Shown piece by piece: positions 37,701 to 50,189 of a stretch of 64,000 nucleotides of DNA. Origin of the DNA: Dicyema japonicum (taxonomy: Eukaryota; Animalia; Dicyemida). Within the stretch, counting starts at the first letter, position 1. Each line of letters begins with the position of its first letter. Below the pieces are notes generated by a model. The model worked only from the letters and a program-made list of their open reading frames with translations. It ran no database searches and was not told the origin of the DNA. The translations under genes and the position numbers were made by a program. The stretch spans positions 1 to 64,000 of the forward strand of contig RDEW01000023.1 of the NCBI GenBank assembly GCA_011109175.1, read 5' to 3'.

Positions 37701-38160
37701 TCTTGGTTCCGTTTCATTGCTGAGAGTATTAAGTTTTTGTTTAGCTTCAATTATCACATGGCATCCTCCACATCTGGTTCCGTGTTTAGAAGATCCACAG
37801 TTGACACAGTTTGTTTTTGATCCAGGATCCGGCTTGCATTATGAGATTACGTGTTCTCCTGCACAGCGGAAACACTTATTTTCCTTGCATTGGTACGGGT
37901 GAGTCCAATATCATAAGGTGTTCCAGCATCGGAAAGAAACGACATGATCCTGCATCGTGAAAATTCATCTTGCGAGAGTCCCAGATTACAAATTTCAGAT
38001 TTAAGCGCATTAATCTCGAGTCCATATCTGTAAAAATGGGAAGAAGCATTTTCATAACCCACTCGGTTGAACCAGCATAGTCCAAATACCAACAATTGAA
38101 AACCATCACAAGTACAAGCAGCCTCATCGGCTGTCAAATAAAAAAAGAAGTGGATCAAGG
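31800..38160 (-). mobile_element. Jockey/I-group LINE with gag-like ORF1 (three CCHC knuckles) and APE-RT ORF2, split by the CRE insertion
   Basis: Knuckles at 37760-37950 (CFRCAGEH, CVNCGSSKH), GSDHIP (EEP), KAPGFD, YRLISL, GFRPES, CLDLSKAFDSVWH, GSVLSPLLF, YADDI. The VNM codons are duplicated on both sides of the CRE. Confidence 0.85.
32874..35984 (-). mobile_element. Full-length ~3.1-kb CRE-clade element (PHD finger, RT, RLE) with TSD; several frameshifts
   Basis: TSD TCATGTTTACTT at 32862-32873 and 35985-35996. T19 run at 32872-32890 is the 3' poly(A). GVQQGDP, SGAWLNAIP, CRCG...HPLAC, DGKRPDG, VWDVTC, ERISLAILRGN. Confidence 0.9.
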
Positions 38161-38169
38161 GGATCATCT

Positions 38170-39050
38170 TGCTGGATCCTGTCAATGATTTAATGAGTCA
38201 CCTATTACGAGATGGGTTGGAGGTTCGTAATATAGAAAATTCTTTAGGCTCTCGTCAAAAGATGTTCCCTTCTCACCGAATTGAAGGCGTTGGAAACGTC
38301 CAACTTCACAATAATGTTATCCTCTTTACAATTGTTCATAAAGAAACGAGCGGCATGAATGGTCGATTCGCAGCCGCCGTGGACACCCACTCCGAGTTGT
38401 ACTGGTTTTAGTTCAGATGACATCGTTGACACGTCAACACGAAAGTTTTGAAGCAAGTCTTAGGAATAGGCTTCCAACCGCAATAAGCATGACTCTGCAC
38501 CAGGCTTCGAGAAGAGAAACAATAAGGCAGAAAAAGAGTTCATGGGCGTCGGAAGGGATGTTTCAGGGCGCAAACAGGTTTATGAGTTTCCCGCCTCAAA
38601 AGTTAAAAATGATGAAATGTCTCTATATCATGGGCTTAGACCATCCAAACCCCCGCTGTTGTCTGGTGAGAAGGATTTGATCACATCCATTACATCAGAT
38701 TCGTGAATAAAATAGAAAGAGGTCAATTGAATTGAAAATTCTCTCAGATCCAATGGAGAGGGAAGATGTTTATTCTCCAAAGTTGAAATGATTCAGGGGT
38801 GACCGAGAGGACGGTCTCGGTTGAAAACAATCTCCTAACTGCTGCCCGACGTCTCCTTCCATTAGCTTGGCAGCAACCGTATTCAGAAAATTTTTTGTTA
38901 CCATGATAAGTGACTCTCAAGAGGGAGAAAAGGAAAGAATCGGAACCCAAGAATCCGCTTGTTACCCCGTGAACAAACGTAGCAAGGAATATCTTGCTAC
39001 TAGTGAAGTCGTCCAAAAACGGCATCGCGTCCCAAAAACCTGCTTCTTAA
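38170..39050 (-). mobile_element. CRE-clade RT fragment
   Basis: QLGVGVHGGCE..IHAAR, KLDVSNAFNSVRR, KLMEGDV..AVR. Confidence 0.8.
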
Positions 39051-39782
39051 ATAAGCAGAAATTAGATCGACAAGACCACCAGGTTATTTAACTTTTATAT
39101 ACAGAAATTCTTAAGTAAGCAGGATTAAGCAGAAAATCCAAATAAATTATAGTTTAGGCGTTTTTGGTTGTTATCCTCCTCAGATGACCTTTCATCGACT
39201 CGTGAAAAGTCCCCAAGTATTCTAAACTTAAGGGGGTATACTCCTGTTCAATGACGAGATCATATAAATCAATTTCCGACCTCTGGGGTTTTAATTTATT
39301 GGATTGAATAATTTGTTTAAAACCATGACTCACTAACATAGGGAACTCTCACATTGACCCCCTACACCGTTATTTTTTCACTCTACATGCTCTAACCCAT
39401 ATTATTCGTGACCTGTGGGTCCATTTACAACCATAGATGTGGTCGTCTCGATGTACAATGATAAATCTAACTTGTTGTATTGAAGAGTATGTTGGAGAGA
39501 TCTATTTTGACGAAAATATTAAGAGTGGTAAGTCCTTTCGACTAATTACTGTGGAAATTATAGATTTACTAAGTTGATTATCTATAATTACTGCCTAATA
39601 ATGGAAACCACAACTACAATTAATTGCTCATAAATTATGAAATGTCCTCGATTACTTTAGCCACAAATGGAGGAACTTGTGGAACCTCATAAAAATGTCC
39701 TCTGTAAATCAATATTTGTAAAATCAATATCCGTAAATAGTTAATTAATCTAATATATAGCAGTAATCATTAAGTGAATGAA

Positions 39783-40474
39783 ATGTCATCAAAAGAGGAC
39801 GAGTCATATGATCACATGTATAAGATTCTAATTGTGGGGAACAGTAATATTGGAAAAACCTCCCTTTTGTTTCGATACGCCGATGACTCCTTCAGTACAG
39901 CCTTCGTTTCCACAGTTGGGATTGACTTTAAAGTCAAAACTATTTTCAGGAATAACAAAAGAATCAAACTACAAATTTGGGTTATTTTCATATATTAACG
40001 AAGGACACTGCCGGACAGGAGAGGTACAGGACGATAACAAGTGCGTACTACAGAGGTGCACAGGGATTTATTCTTGTATATGATGTCACTAACGAGGAGT
40101 CCTTTCAAGCTGTGAGGGACTGGTCTGCAACTGTCTTTATTTTAGGATATCCCAGATTCACACCCATTCGTGGGATAATGCTAGAATCGTGCTTGTCGGA
40201 AACAAATGTGACATGAAAGACTCCAAAGTGATATCCACTGAAACAGCTCAATCTACCGCTAAGGAACTAGGTTATCTGATCACTTTTATCATCAGGACTC
40301 GATCTGTTTGAATCCTCAGCAAAGGATAATATAAATGTGAAACAAATATTCGACAGTATTGTGGATTCTATTTGCGTTGACTTGGAGAAGAGTTCATCAT
40401 TTTACGAGTCTACAAACCAAAACTCTGGAATTTCTTTGGATAAAATAAGCAAATCCGTAAATTCGTGTTGTTAA
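39783..40474 (+). CDS. RAB3: Rab3 GTPase; 4 exons, introns 23/23/25 nt
   Basis: [43 protein letters not shown]|[46 protein letters not shown]-terminal SCC*. Confidence 0.92.
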
Positions 40475-40748
40475 CTAACCCTAACTGCTAATTATTTATA
40501 CATTTTAACAAAACCTAACAATCGTATAGGGAATGCCTGTAGCAGACTATAGCCATTAAGAGATAAGTATTGCAGTAATGTGCAATAGTGAATAAGTAAA
40601 ATGATTAATAGTCAGTTTATTGCATTCATCACATCGATCAGATTACTAATATGCAAATACTGCTGTGACAATTATTATCCTGTCAAATACATAATTTTAT
40701 TGTAAAAATAATTTAGTTAACATTAGCAGCTCACAAGCATCACTTCTA

Positions 40749-41807
40749 TTAGGTTCCAACATATCCCATTGGTTGACAAAATCCCTTAAAGAAATCAAAA
40801 AATCTATTGTATCCCCCATCCATCAAATATATGTTATCCAAAAATATTTGATTCGAGTTGCAAAGAGACATGAATTTTTTCATTCTTGAAGGTCCTCTTT
40901 TAGAGGAAAACTCACAGTAAAAGATAAAAATATAAAATTTCCTAGGACTCGTTTGATGTTCAGAACACAAATCCTTGTACACCTCCTCAACTCTCGTGTC
41001 ATCAGGAAGGAACACGGAGTACTTGACGTGACCATTTGAATATTCATTCTCAGAACGACAGTCAAAAAGAGAGATCTTGCAATGTGTCGGAAAAGAAGAG
41101 TATAGAGACACTATGGCAGACACTGTATATCCCGTAACAGTCCTTAGAGCACCCCGCATGTCATATCCCCCATACTTGCAGCCTTTACCAGCGTCGTTTT
41201 CTAACTTTTGAAAAAATGTGTTGAAAAATGCGGACTGTTCAGAGGGAGAAAGGTCAACGAGTCTCTTCCCATCGACAGAAACGTCGAATTCCTCAAAAAC
41301 TGAATCCACAGGAATCAAATTGTCGTCCAACAAAGGCTCTATTATCTTTATGGTGAAACTCTTCTCAAACACAGAATCCAAAGACTCCAAAATCATACTT
41401 TCATCGCTATTGGAGTCAAGTGTATCCATTGCTTCTTTAAACATTACATCCAGGTTCTCAGAGCTCGAACTCTCTTCAAATACTGGTTGATTTAGGTCCC
41501 AACTCTCTTTGAGAATCTTTTTAGAACTCATCAAAGTAGGAGGAAACTCAAATCTTTCCTTAACAACGGGTGGGAATTTCTTGAAACTGAAGTAATTAAA
41601 TCGTTTTGTCTGGTTGAAGTATCGTAAAAGGTTATTATCCGCAATGGTCTTTAAGCGAGACCGATGGGAACTCTTTTTTTGAGAAACATTTTCCTTATTA
41701 GAACGCTTCTTTGTACGACCTTGAAGATAATATGCACAAGTACATGCTGAATGGCCGACATTGGTCACGTCTTTGAACTTTTCATTCAAGTGATTCCTTT
41801 TACTCAT
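40749..41807 (-). CDS. CDC25: Cdc25-family phosphatase, single 352-aa exon; true C-terminus may extend to ~40697 via a 1-nt shift
   Basis: Rhodanese motifs LFDCRSENEYSNGHV, IFIFYCEFSSKRGP (CX5R), IYLMDGGYNRFF, CQPMGY. Confidence 0.85.
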   Translation of the reverse strand: MSKRNHLNEKFKDVTNVGHSACTCAYYLQGRTKKRSNKENVSQKKSSHRSRLKTIADNNLLRYFNQTKRFNYFSFKKFPPVVKERFEFPPTLMSSKKILKESWDLNQPVFEESSSSENLDVMFKEAMDTLDSNSDESMILESLDSVFEKSFTIKIIEPLLDDNLIPVDSVFEEFDVSVDGKRLVDLSPSEQSAFFNTFFQKLENDAGKGCKYGGYDMRGALRTVTGYTVSAIVSLYSSFPTHCKISLFDCRSENEYSNGHVKYSVFLPDDTRVEEVYKDLCSEHQTSPRKFYIFIFYCEFSSKRGPSRMKKFMSLCNSNQIFLDNIYLMDGGYNRFFDFFKGFCQPMGYVGT

Positions 41808-41949
41808 ACGGTCGAGCCGTCTATAAATATAAGAATAGACCTAAAAGGGCCTAAAACAACCAAACTGGTGGTTGTTAGGGACAGAATATATGGGGAAAGG
41901 ATTGATTATTACAAAATCTTAAAGGTCATTAAATGGCCTTATTAACAGT

Positions 41950-42720
41950 AAAATCAAAGCAATCAAATACTGCAACTGTCATCACACCACAAAGTTAGCT
42001 CAATTACTTTGAGATGATGAACTCTGGAAAAGCCGAGCCTATCGTCAACTGAGTTTATATATGCGTAATGAACGGCGTTGACGCGTATAAGGAAGTATTT
42101 TTTCCAATGAATAAATTGATTGGCCACGACGTTCAATAATTTTATCTAAGCTGTCAAATCTGGTAATTGATTTATTAAATTCCTTGGCTACATTCCGTAG
42201 GAACCGACGTTAACAACAGCAGACCCCTGCTGATGTTAATTGTGCTTCCGGCTGTTATAGAATTGTGATTGATTTTATAATTAGTTTCAGGAACTATCGA
42301 GTTCATTTGCATCGATGGATTTTATGATAATTCATGACAACGACAGGACGAAATTTGAGAGGATCCTTTTAGAGTTCGATTTTCTCTCTGAAACTTATCA
42401 AAAACTTAAAATAATGGGCCTAGACACTACAAAACCCATTTAAGTGACATGCTTCAATTTGAGGAATGATTGAGCCATGAAAGAGCCCACTTGTGACTGA
42501 ATTACTGTTTCGATTTTATTTGTCTTTGCCTTTACAGCTTCGATATTTTAGGATTACCGATTAATCATGATTAAACTTGATTCTCTTATTGCTAAGCCTT
42601 AATTATGGCTTGCAATCGTCAGAGATGTTGTTTCAAGCATACATTAGGGTTGATTATTCTCTGTATGCAGGAAAATAAGACTAGTGGCATGGTCTGCATG
42701 GGATTACTATAGAAACCACA
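41950..42720 (-). mobile_element. Highly degenerate R4-like (RLE) retroelement relic
   Basis: TINHISRG and VANQFIHW-like remnants across frames. Weak. Confidence 0.35.
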
Positions 42721-43469
42721 ATAAGGAATATTTATAAGTAGATTGTACTTTTATTGATTAGTATAAGTGACTAGTTAATTGGTTGGAGGTTGAGCTAGTT
42801 ACCAACCTCTAGTTACTAATACATCTTTAACCTCTTAATGGACTAAGGAAACATTGGAAATCAGAGGTTTTGAAATAGGAAAACGACTGGCTCGAATCAC
42901 GTCTGTTCTAAATTGGAGGTATGCTCGAGGGAGGACAAGAAAAGTGACATTTGAATCATAGACGAGTTAACTGAGTGGTTAACTAGTTGAGGTGGTTACG
43001 TACCTCTATTTGACTAACCCCCATATCTTCCAGCGAGGTGATCAAAAACCCAAGGTTCTGAGGAGCATAGGATGCCCGGAATCGAACTCGGTGATCAGTA
43101 AGGATGTCACTATGATTTTAACCATGATATTATTGTAGGGGACCTTCCAGGATATATTTTATTCTGACTCATAATTGTAATACTACTGTCTATTAGTTAT
43201 AATGTAAAATTGATGAGTCAGTTTCAACATTAGTTAAGCAATTAGTCTATTGTGTGGTAATTATGAGGTTTTTCTTTTTCGTGACACGTGTCTGGGTGGA
43301 GGATAAATGTGTCATTGATAGGATATATTTGGCTTAGAATTATTAATATGAATTACTAAAGATATCGAACACCTTATAATTCAATTCTAAATATTTCCTG
43401 ATTAATTTACGAGTCCCCTCGAAAATAACACAACTAATTCAATCTCCTAGTCTTTACTGACGGGAACTA

Positions 43470-43920
43470 CCCAAGATCAACTTCGGAAAGGGGCGAGACC
43501 AGTAAAGAAATACAAAAGTCTCAAAAGACAGTTCATTTTTGAACCGGTAGTAGTCACCTTGGGGATCATTGGAAGTAAATCACTAACCCTATTGAATTGT
43601 ATCGGAAAGAGGAAAAGGGAAAACGTTGGCTCACTGAGCGCAGTTCCTTGCAAATCGTGAAGGGAAATGAGTTTTCAATTATGAAAGCAAACAGCTAAAT
43701 TAAAGAATAGTCCGATTGAATATAAATCACAAATTCATAGGAAGCTAATTTAACTCCAAGGTATGTTATTAAGACAAATTGAAAGAATCATAGTTACCTT
43801 TCTGGAAGGACAATTGTCTCGCCAAATTAGTATCGGAATTATTTAACATTTTCAAAGCAATATTATTATTTATTATTTATTTAATAACCCGAAAAAGGAA
43901 CACCAAGAAAGAAGGAGCTA
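43470..43920. mobile_element. CRE 3' relic (plus, 43470-43700) and family A tail (minus, 43860-43920)
   Basis: FIFEPV.V.TLGIIGSKSL...IVKGN, and aataacccgaaaaaggaacaccaagaaagaagg, the reverse complement of the 49020-49060 tail. Confidence 0.6.
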
Positions 43921-44105
43921 TTAAGTTTGTTTTTTGTTTTTCAAAGCAATATTGAAAAATCAGCCAAGATCTCAATATAAATATCACATTATCAAGGAAT
44001 GAAAAATAACAAATTAGTAAAATATAAATTTAAAATATTAAATATTTAAATATAAAATATATTTACCCATTTATAATTTGTGGTTTTATTTCTTTATACT
44101 AGTGA

Positions 44106-44470
44106 ATGGCTGCTCCTACAGACAAACTTGAAATGGCACGTGCCCAAGTGGATGAGGTTATATTGTAGTTTGATTTACAAGGTCGTTGATCTGATGAAGG
44201 TTAACGTTGAGAAAGTGCTTGAAAGGGACACAAAACTCAGTGAACTTGACAACCGAGCGGAGGCCCTTCACCACGGAGCCTCAAACTTTAACACAAGTGC
44301 CAATAGACTCCGTCGGAAGTTTTGGTGGAAGAATCTGAAGGTCCGAGTATTAGTTATTTTAGATGAAAATTCTCCTAGCCTCAGGATTGATCATTATTAC
44401 TGTCATCGCTATTGTTTGGGCAGTCGAAAGTCAAAAGAAGAAAACAAAACTTAATAGCTTTAATTATTAA
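44106..44470 (+). CDS. VAMP: Synaptobrevin/VAMP R-SNARE; 3 exons, introns 25/22 nt
   Basis: [17 protein letters not shown]|[53 protein letters not shown]|[21 protein letters not shown]. Confidence 0.92.
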
Positions 44471-44899
44471 TTTAGGTTAATTGGCCTATATATGGATTTA
44501 TTTTATTTAGGAATTTTGGTTTACTGGTCCCCTACGTCCAGGAATCTCCAAATTTGACAGGGATGATCCCTATTGGGAGTATAGAATTTCGATTGGTGGT
44601 AATAGACTACATGTAGTGCTCCTCATTTTGAGCCTTAGTCTCTGCATACAAGTCTCAGAATAGAGAATGTGTATATTTAGAATTTATTAGTAATGAAATA
44701 AGCCGTTTTGGAAATCCTATAGTCATCGATTAATTTTCTTATTTGTTAGATACTTAAATAGGAATGACTATTGAATTTCCATGCATTTTCGACCCACAGC
44801 CTTTAGCACATCAGACCAAACATGTTTATTCGCTGATAAAACCGAAAGGCTCATAAAATATCGACCCCAGGATATCACATTTTGATCCTTGCCGTAGAA

Positions 44900-46581
44900 C
44901 CCTCCAGAGTACTATGATTTACACCTTCCTTTTATCCGAGGCTAAGTTTAATCTAAGTACTGTCTGTTCCACCGTGTTTCCCTCGTGGTCCTAAAATAAA
45001 ATACCCATCTAATCAGGGTATTTTCAAAATCAATAGAGGTAAATCCATTCCTCAGAATTAAAGCCTCCAGAGGCGTTCTTTCCACATGTCTACTGTTTGT
45101 CACATCAAGAGCTCTTTCCTGACTGGATACGATTCTAACAAAATTAGTCCAAGAGATGAAAGGAATTCATGATGCGCATGAGTAGAAATGACAGGTTTGA
45201 TGTACAGTTTGTATAATAATTCGAGAACCGGATAGCCTCAGATATTCCATAATCCTAGGACGCTATTCAGAAGGTTATTCTCGCATATGTCATGGACTTT
45301 TCGGGACTGGTAGCTAAATGGTTCTTTAATAGAAAATCGTTGAGACGGGAGGTTTTTTTAAAACCTTAAAAAAGCAGACAGGATGTTCCGATCTGAGAAT
45401 CAATGACGATGTCGTATGTTGAGATCGACCATTAGTAGGTTGAATAGGAAGGGGAATAATGGTTATCCTTGGAAATACCATCGTGAAATGGATTTTGACA
45501 TTCAAATACAAACACATCCTCTCCGACCGCTAAGGAAACTAGATAACCAGATTTTAAAATTTCGAAGGATTCTTTGAAAGTTTTCCAAGAATTTTTCTCG
45601 ACACTTAATCGAAAACGAGAACATTATGGAACAAAGTAGTCGTTATCTGCCTGTGCGAAAATCCATATGTTCGGCTGAGGGGTAAGTAGAAATATACCTC
45701 TTCTCTTTAAATCCATGTTGAAATATTATATACGGAAAAGAGTCTTTAAATTTTTAAAGAAACAGCCTCTCCGTGATTTTTGACATAACGGGACTGGCCT
45801 ATAGCAAGTCGGATCCTTCTTCTTGATTTTCATTATAGAGGAATGTGTGCTTGCTTCAAAAGGTCGTGATTCAAGATAATAACATTGTGGTTTCTTCTAG
45901 AGTTATACGATACCAGGACGTTATCGCAGACAGGGAGGGAGAGCAGAGTGATGTCGACCCTGTATGGAGTTTTGTATTTTTCGACGGATCACCGATTTGC
46001 GTTATCAGCAGTTTCCCTCTTGAATCGGGAGGTTGTTTTGCCAGCCAAAGGGGGAGTTTATCGTTCGTGTCTCCCCAATGACCACGTCATTCAAATTAGA
46101 TAAATTAGATATGTTGGGGATTACATAGCTCTGAACCAGGTTGAGGCACGCAGGCGATTTTCCCTTTTGATGCTACAAGTGAAATAGCAATAATTTCGGT
46201 GACATCATCATTTCCTAATAGGCTCTTTACCTCTAAAGAGATGTCCATGAATATAAGGTTTTTCATGTAAAAAGTGAGATCTCTCAGGTCACCTGTATAA
46301 TATTATATCCAGAGGTTTAGGGATGTTTTTCGGGAGTTTTGTCTCTTGAATTATGGGAACGTCAATCGTAAGTTCCGTCAAAAGAGAACGTAGTTCAAAT
46401 AACTTGCCTCTTATTCCGTTGATGTTTAGTTGTAACACAGTCTCTTGTGGTGAGCTGAAGCTGAGGACGAACTCAGGGGCGTCACCGGGAAGAGAGTATC
46501 CTACAGATGTAAGTGTCTAATAGTCTTTTTGGAGGTACATTATGTGCCCTCTAGGGATATAGTGGTAAACCACACAACGTC
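44900..46581 (-). mobile_element. Family A 5' portion (structured 5' end, EEP, start of RT)
   Basis: TVLQLNING, KQNNLPI, GDANR, GSDH.PV, W..G..IPL....S.SYRPI.L. The 5' end carries the same fold as 59787-59862. Confidence 0.8.
46521..46581 (-). ncRNA. Partly deleted copy of the family A 5' HDV-like fold
   Basis: GACGTTGTGTGGTTTACC...TAGAGGGCACATAATGTACCTCCAAAAAGACTA. P2 and P4 retained; P3 and P1' deleted. Confidence 0.45.
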
Positions 46582-47199
46582 ACATAAAAATAATCTTATG
46601 GAGTGTATACCTCCATTCTTGCTCAGACAGTATTTTAATTTATTGTTTCCGATCCCTCATTTTAATTCATAAACATATACCTTTGGTGCCCGTTATTTCG
46701 CTGTGGGGTTGAGAAGACAAAGGTCACACCATTATAAGTACATCAACAGTCAAATCACCCAACCAGTTGACTGATGTTTTAATTCATGAGTACAAACACT
46801 CTGTGAAGAATGGAAATTATTTTTTATAATCTGATTGTTGTACAGCGAATGAGGTCCTGTTGTTATGCCAACCTTTATCGTTATTTTTGCATTTTTGACA
46901 ACACTATGAGTTATAACTTTGTGTATTAATTTCAATATTACGTTTGTGTTTAGCACTGTCTTATTGTACCTCCACATATGATCCCCTTGTTCTCCCTCAA
47001 AGCAGATGTCCCTTAACCTACCCTAATTTGTGATTGACAAGATTCAAACACAGACATTTGTGCATCATAAGCTACCTCATATCAAAATCCAAGGTTCCGA
47101 TGTCTACCGAGTCCACTAAGAGGGTGGCGGGTAGTTGCATCCAAGTGAAGAGATAAAGACAGATCTTTGTCCTCCAGGTATTAGTAATAAACCCTATTT

Positions 47200-47520
47200 A
47201 TTTAACACCCAAGACCACGGTAAAACCAAAACTAACTATCACGTGATCCCGGTGCTCCTCCCTCGTACCCACACAAGCTCGTACAGGGCGGCTGACTGTA
47301 TTTGCAAGACTACCTTCCCGCATGCCGGAGTTTTGTTTAATGAGGGCCTCCAGAGTAGTCGGTCCGGTTCTGTTTCTCCCACAAGACCACGCTTCGTCAT
47401 TCTGAAAGCCTTCTTTTGAACGTCCTCGTTTTTCTTAGTGTTCGTCCATGAAAATGAAGGTCCCCACGAAGCACACGCGTACGAGAAGCATGGTTCGATC
47501 GCTTGTAAATGTTTATCAAG
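47200..47520 (-). mobile_element. Family A 3' end
   Basis: Ends ...GSTGIT* with tail GGGATCACGTGATAGTTAGTTTTGG...GGTCTTGGGTGTTAAATAAATA. Confidence 0.75.
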
Positions 47521-47615
47521 ACCGGGTACCTGTCTTCCATATTCCAGATAAACATTTTATATAAAACTAACAGTAAAAACTAACAAACAGAAATTCAAAT
47601 AGAAGAAATTAACAA

Positions 47616-48429
47616 CTATTTAAGAATATCTAGATAGTCCTTAACTTCAGAAGCTTCAAGGAGTCTAAACCCAGTCTCAGAGACAATCCCAATCTCAAAG
47701 TCATTCTCAGTCATCATTCCATCCTGCAAGGTGAGAATAGCAGTATGTATAGCATCGTCCAGAACCATGCCATCATCATACCTACCATCACCAATTCACA
47801 ACAACCTTTTCTCAAGGAAAGTTCTATTATTTATGTGATTCTTTCCGATAGCACAGGCCTTCCAAGGAAAGTGAATTCCAGAAGGATCACACTGATAGAG
47901 ATTACCTTTCCCCTCACTCCATCCACCGACAAGCATAGACATTCCGAAAGGACGCACTCCTCTGTGAAAATAAGTGATTAAACTACCCCGACTGCGTGTA
48001 CTCTTGCATTATGTGGGAGATGGACTGAACTAGACTGCTCAAAGGCATTGGATCTTCATAACGAAATTTGTAGGTGGCAAACTCCTTCCTTACAAATTTC
48101 ATCAGAACTCTGTAGTGAGAGGAGTGAGAACCTGAAATCAGGACTGATTCCACTAAAAGTAGCAGCAGCATGTGTCCCGATTGGTTCTATTTTTCTAAGA
48201 GTGTTGACATCATAAATGACACTTCTATGATGTCTTTCAGTGGCCAAGACTATCCCCTGTGATGCTGTAAGTGAAATGGGGAATATACTCTTAATTCCAA
48301 CAGAGGGAGAGCCAGCAGCCACAGCAGCAAGGGCATACTCTATTTGTGTAAGTTTGCCAGTTGGACTATAATAGTATTAAGGATATACCTAAATGTTGTC
48401 AGAGAAAAACTGTAACGCTCAGATGACAT
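47616..48429 (-). CDS. PSMA2: 20S proteasome subunit alpha-2; 6 exons, introns 23/24/22/25/24 nt
   Basis: [13 protein letters not shown]|[19 protein letters not shown]|[30 protein letters not shown]|Y...[12 protein letters not shown]. Confidence 0.95.
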
Positions 48430-48499
48430 GCCTAATTATTATTTATTATTTAAAAATTAATAAACCCTAATTGTTTACATAATACTATTAATATTATAA

Positions 48500-49999
48500 T
48501 CTATCCACCGGACTCGTCCTCTCCCTTGTCGATCTGGGATCACTTACCTGAGAACCTTTTATTTCTTTTCTTTGACCATCCGAACCTGAAACTTTGGCTT
48601 GGAAACTTCCTAAATGAAAGACGAGTACAAGTACTCCGCAACAATATCGACGATTGAGTACGCCTGTGCCTCATGGGCCTATGGAGCTTCGATATCAAAT
48701 TCACTCAAGATCAATACCCTAATTGGAAAACTAGCACGTCAATCGAATCTACCCCCCGATCTTTTCCCTCCAATGCTTGACCACGCCGCAATCAAAAATA
48801 ATGGCTCCGGCTTCATCTGTCTGTGTGGCCAAGAAACAAGTCGTTTCTTCCATTCAAGGCTAAAGGCTTCAAATACACGAAATTTGGGGAAAAACCCTCC
48901 TCTTCAAACCCTAATGAAAGATGATCGTCGTTTATTCAGGAAAGCCGTGGGTACTCTGGAGGAACACAGGAAAAACCTCTTGATCCTGTTGAGGCGTACC
49001 GGGATCACTTAATTAGTTGGATTACTCCTTCTTTCTTGGTGTTCCCTTTTCGGGTTATTAAATAAATAAAGTGCTCCGCAACAATCAAATCAAGATCTCG
49101 CTATTTCCCAAATGGGGTCTCTCAAGGCTCCCCACTATCACCCCAACTCTTCAATCTCTACATAAACGACATGCCATAAACCTGTAATGAAAACTGCCTA
49201 ATCCTCTCCTATGCCGACGATATCATTTTTGCCTCCAAGAACAGAAGCATTCAATCAGCGACTCAGTCCGCTCAACAAATGCTCGACAACTTGGAACTAT
49301 GGCTCTCGAAGCGGAGACTCGACACATCAGCAGCAAAGTCCTTTGTCACACTGTTTACTACCTACAAAAGACAGCTCTGTATCGAACCAAAAGTCTTTAT
49401 GAAGAACGAAGCTATCTCTATTAACAAAACACCGAAGATTCTGGGAGTAACCTTTGACTTGGGACTCACCTTTATCCGACATGTTGAAAACAAAGTAACT
49501 TCTGCTTTAAAGAAAATGAAAATTTTAAAAGTGCTCTCAAAAACACTTAGAGATCAAACTGGGATCCTTGCCACGATTTATAACAATTTATCCGACCAAC
49601 GATGACGAATGCAAGTCCTTCATGGGCAATGCAGATCTCACGATCTTCCTCATTGAAACTATCCGCAATCGAGAAGACTGCAATAAGGTTAATTGGACCA
49701 GAACATAAATCCAGCCCATTGAAAATTTCTTAATCGAACTACAACGGAAACTCTTAAAGGAGGCTAGTTCACCGAGCTGTCCTCTATTCCATACTATCGA
49801 ATTATCTACAATCATACAGAAATTTTGAGCCGATGTCATGTCCAATGAGAAGAGCAGTTCAGGATTTTCGACCCTGCCGGACTCGTCCTCTCCTTTGTCG
49901 GTCTGGGATCACTTAGTTAGATGAGAACTTTTATTTCTTTCTCTTTGACCCAGTGATCCTGGAAATAATAATAATAATAATTGACCCAGTGATCCTGGA
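48500..49999 (+). mobile_element. Three head-to-tail family A 3' pieces
   Basis: Tails at ~48540, ~49005 and ~49910. PQMGSL..PTLFNLYINDM, YADDI, PKILGVTFD.GLTF, IEYACASW. Confidence 0.8.
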
Positions 50000-50189
50000 G
50001 GTATAATAATCTATTTACTGCAATAGTGTATTAAGTCCCAATCCAATGGTTCTGGGTTTAGAATTTCGCTGCTGTCCAATCTACGATGGTTATGGGATTG
50101 ACTGTGACAGGCAAGCAAAAGGAAAAAAGTCAAGAACACTCTCGATGTCTTTGCTTTATTCCTCAATTAATTAGCCTAACTGCTCGTTT

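Noticed and set aside
43060-43130. tRNA gene suggested by GTTCGATTCC
   Set aside because: No cloverleaf, D-arm or acceptor pairing; at most a B-box-like relic.
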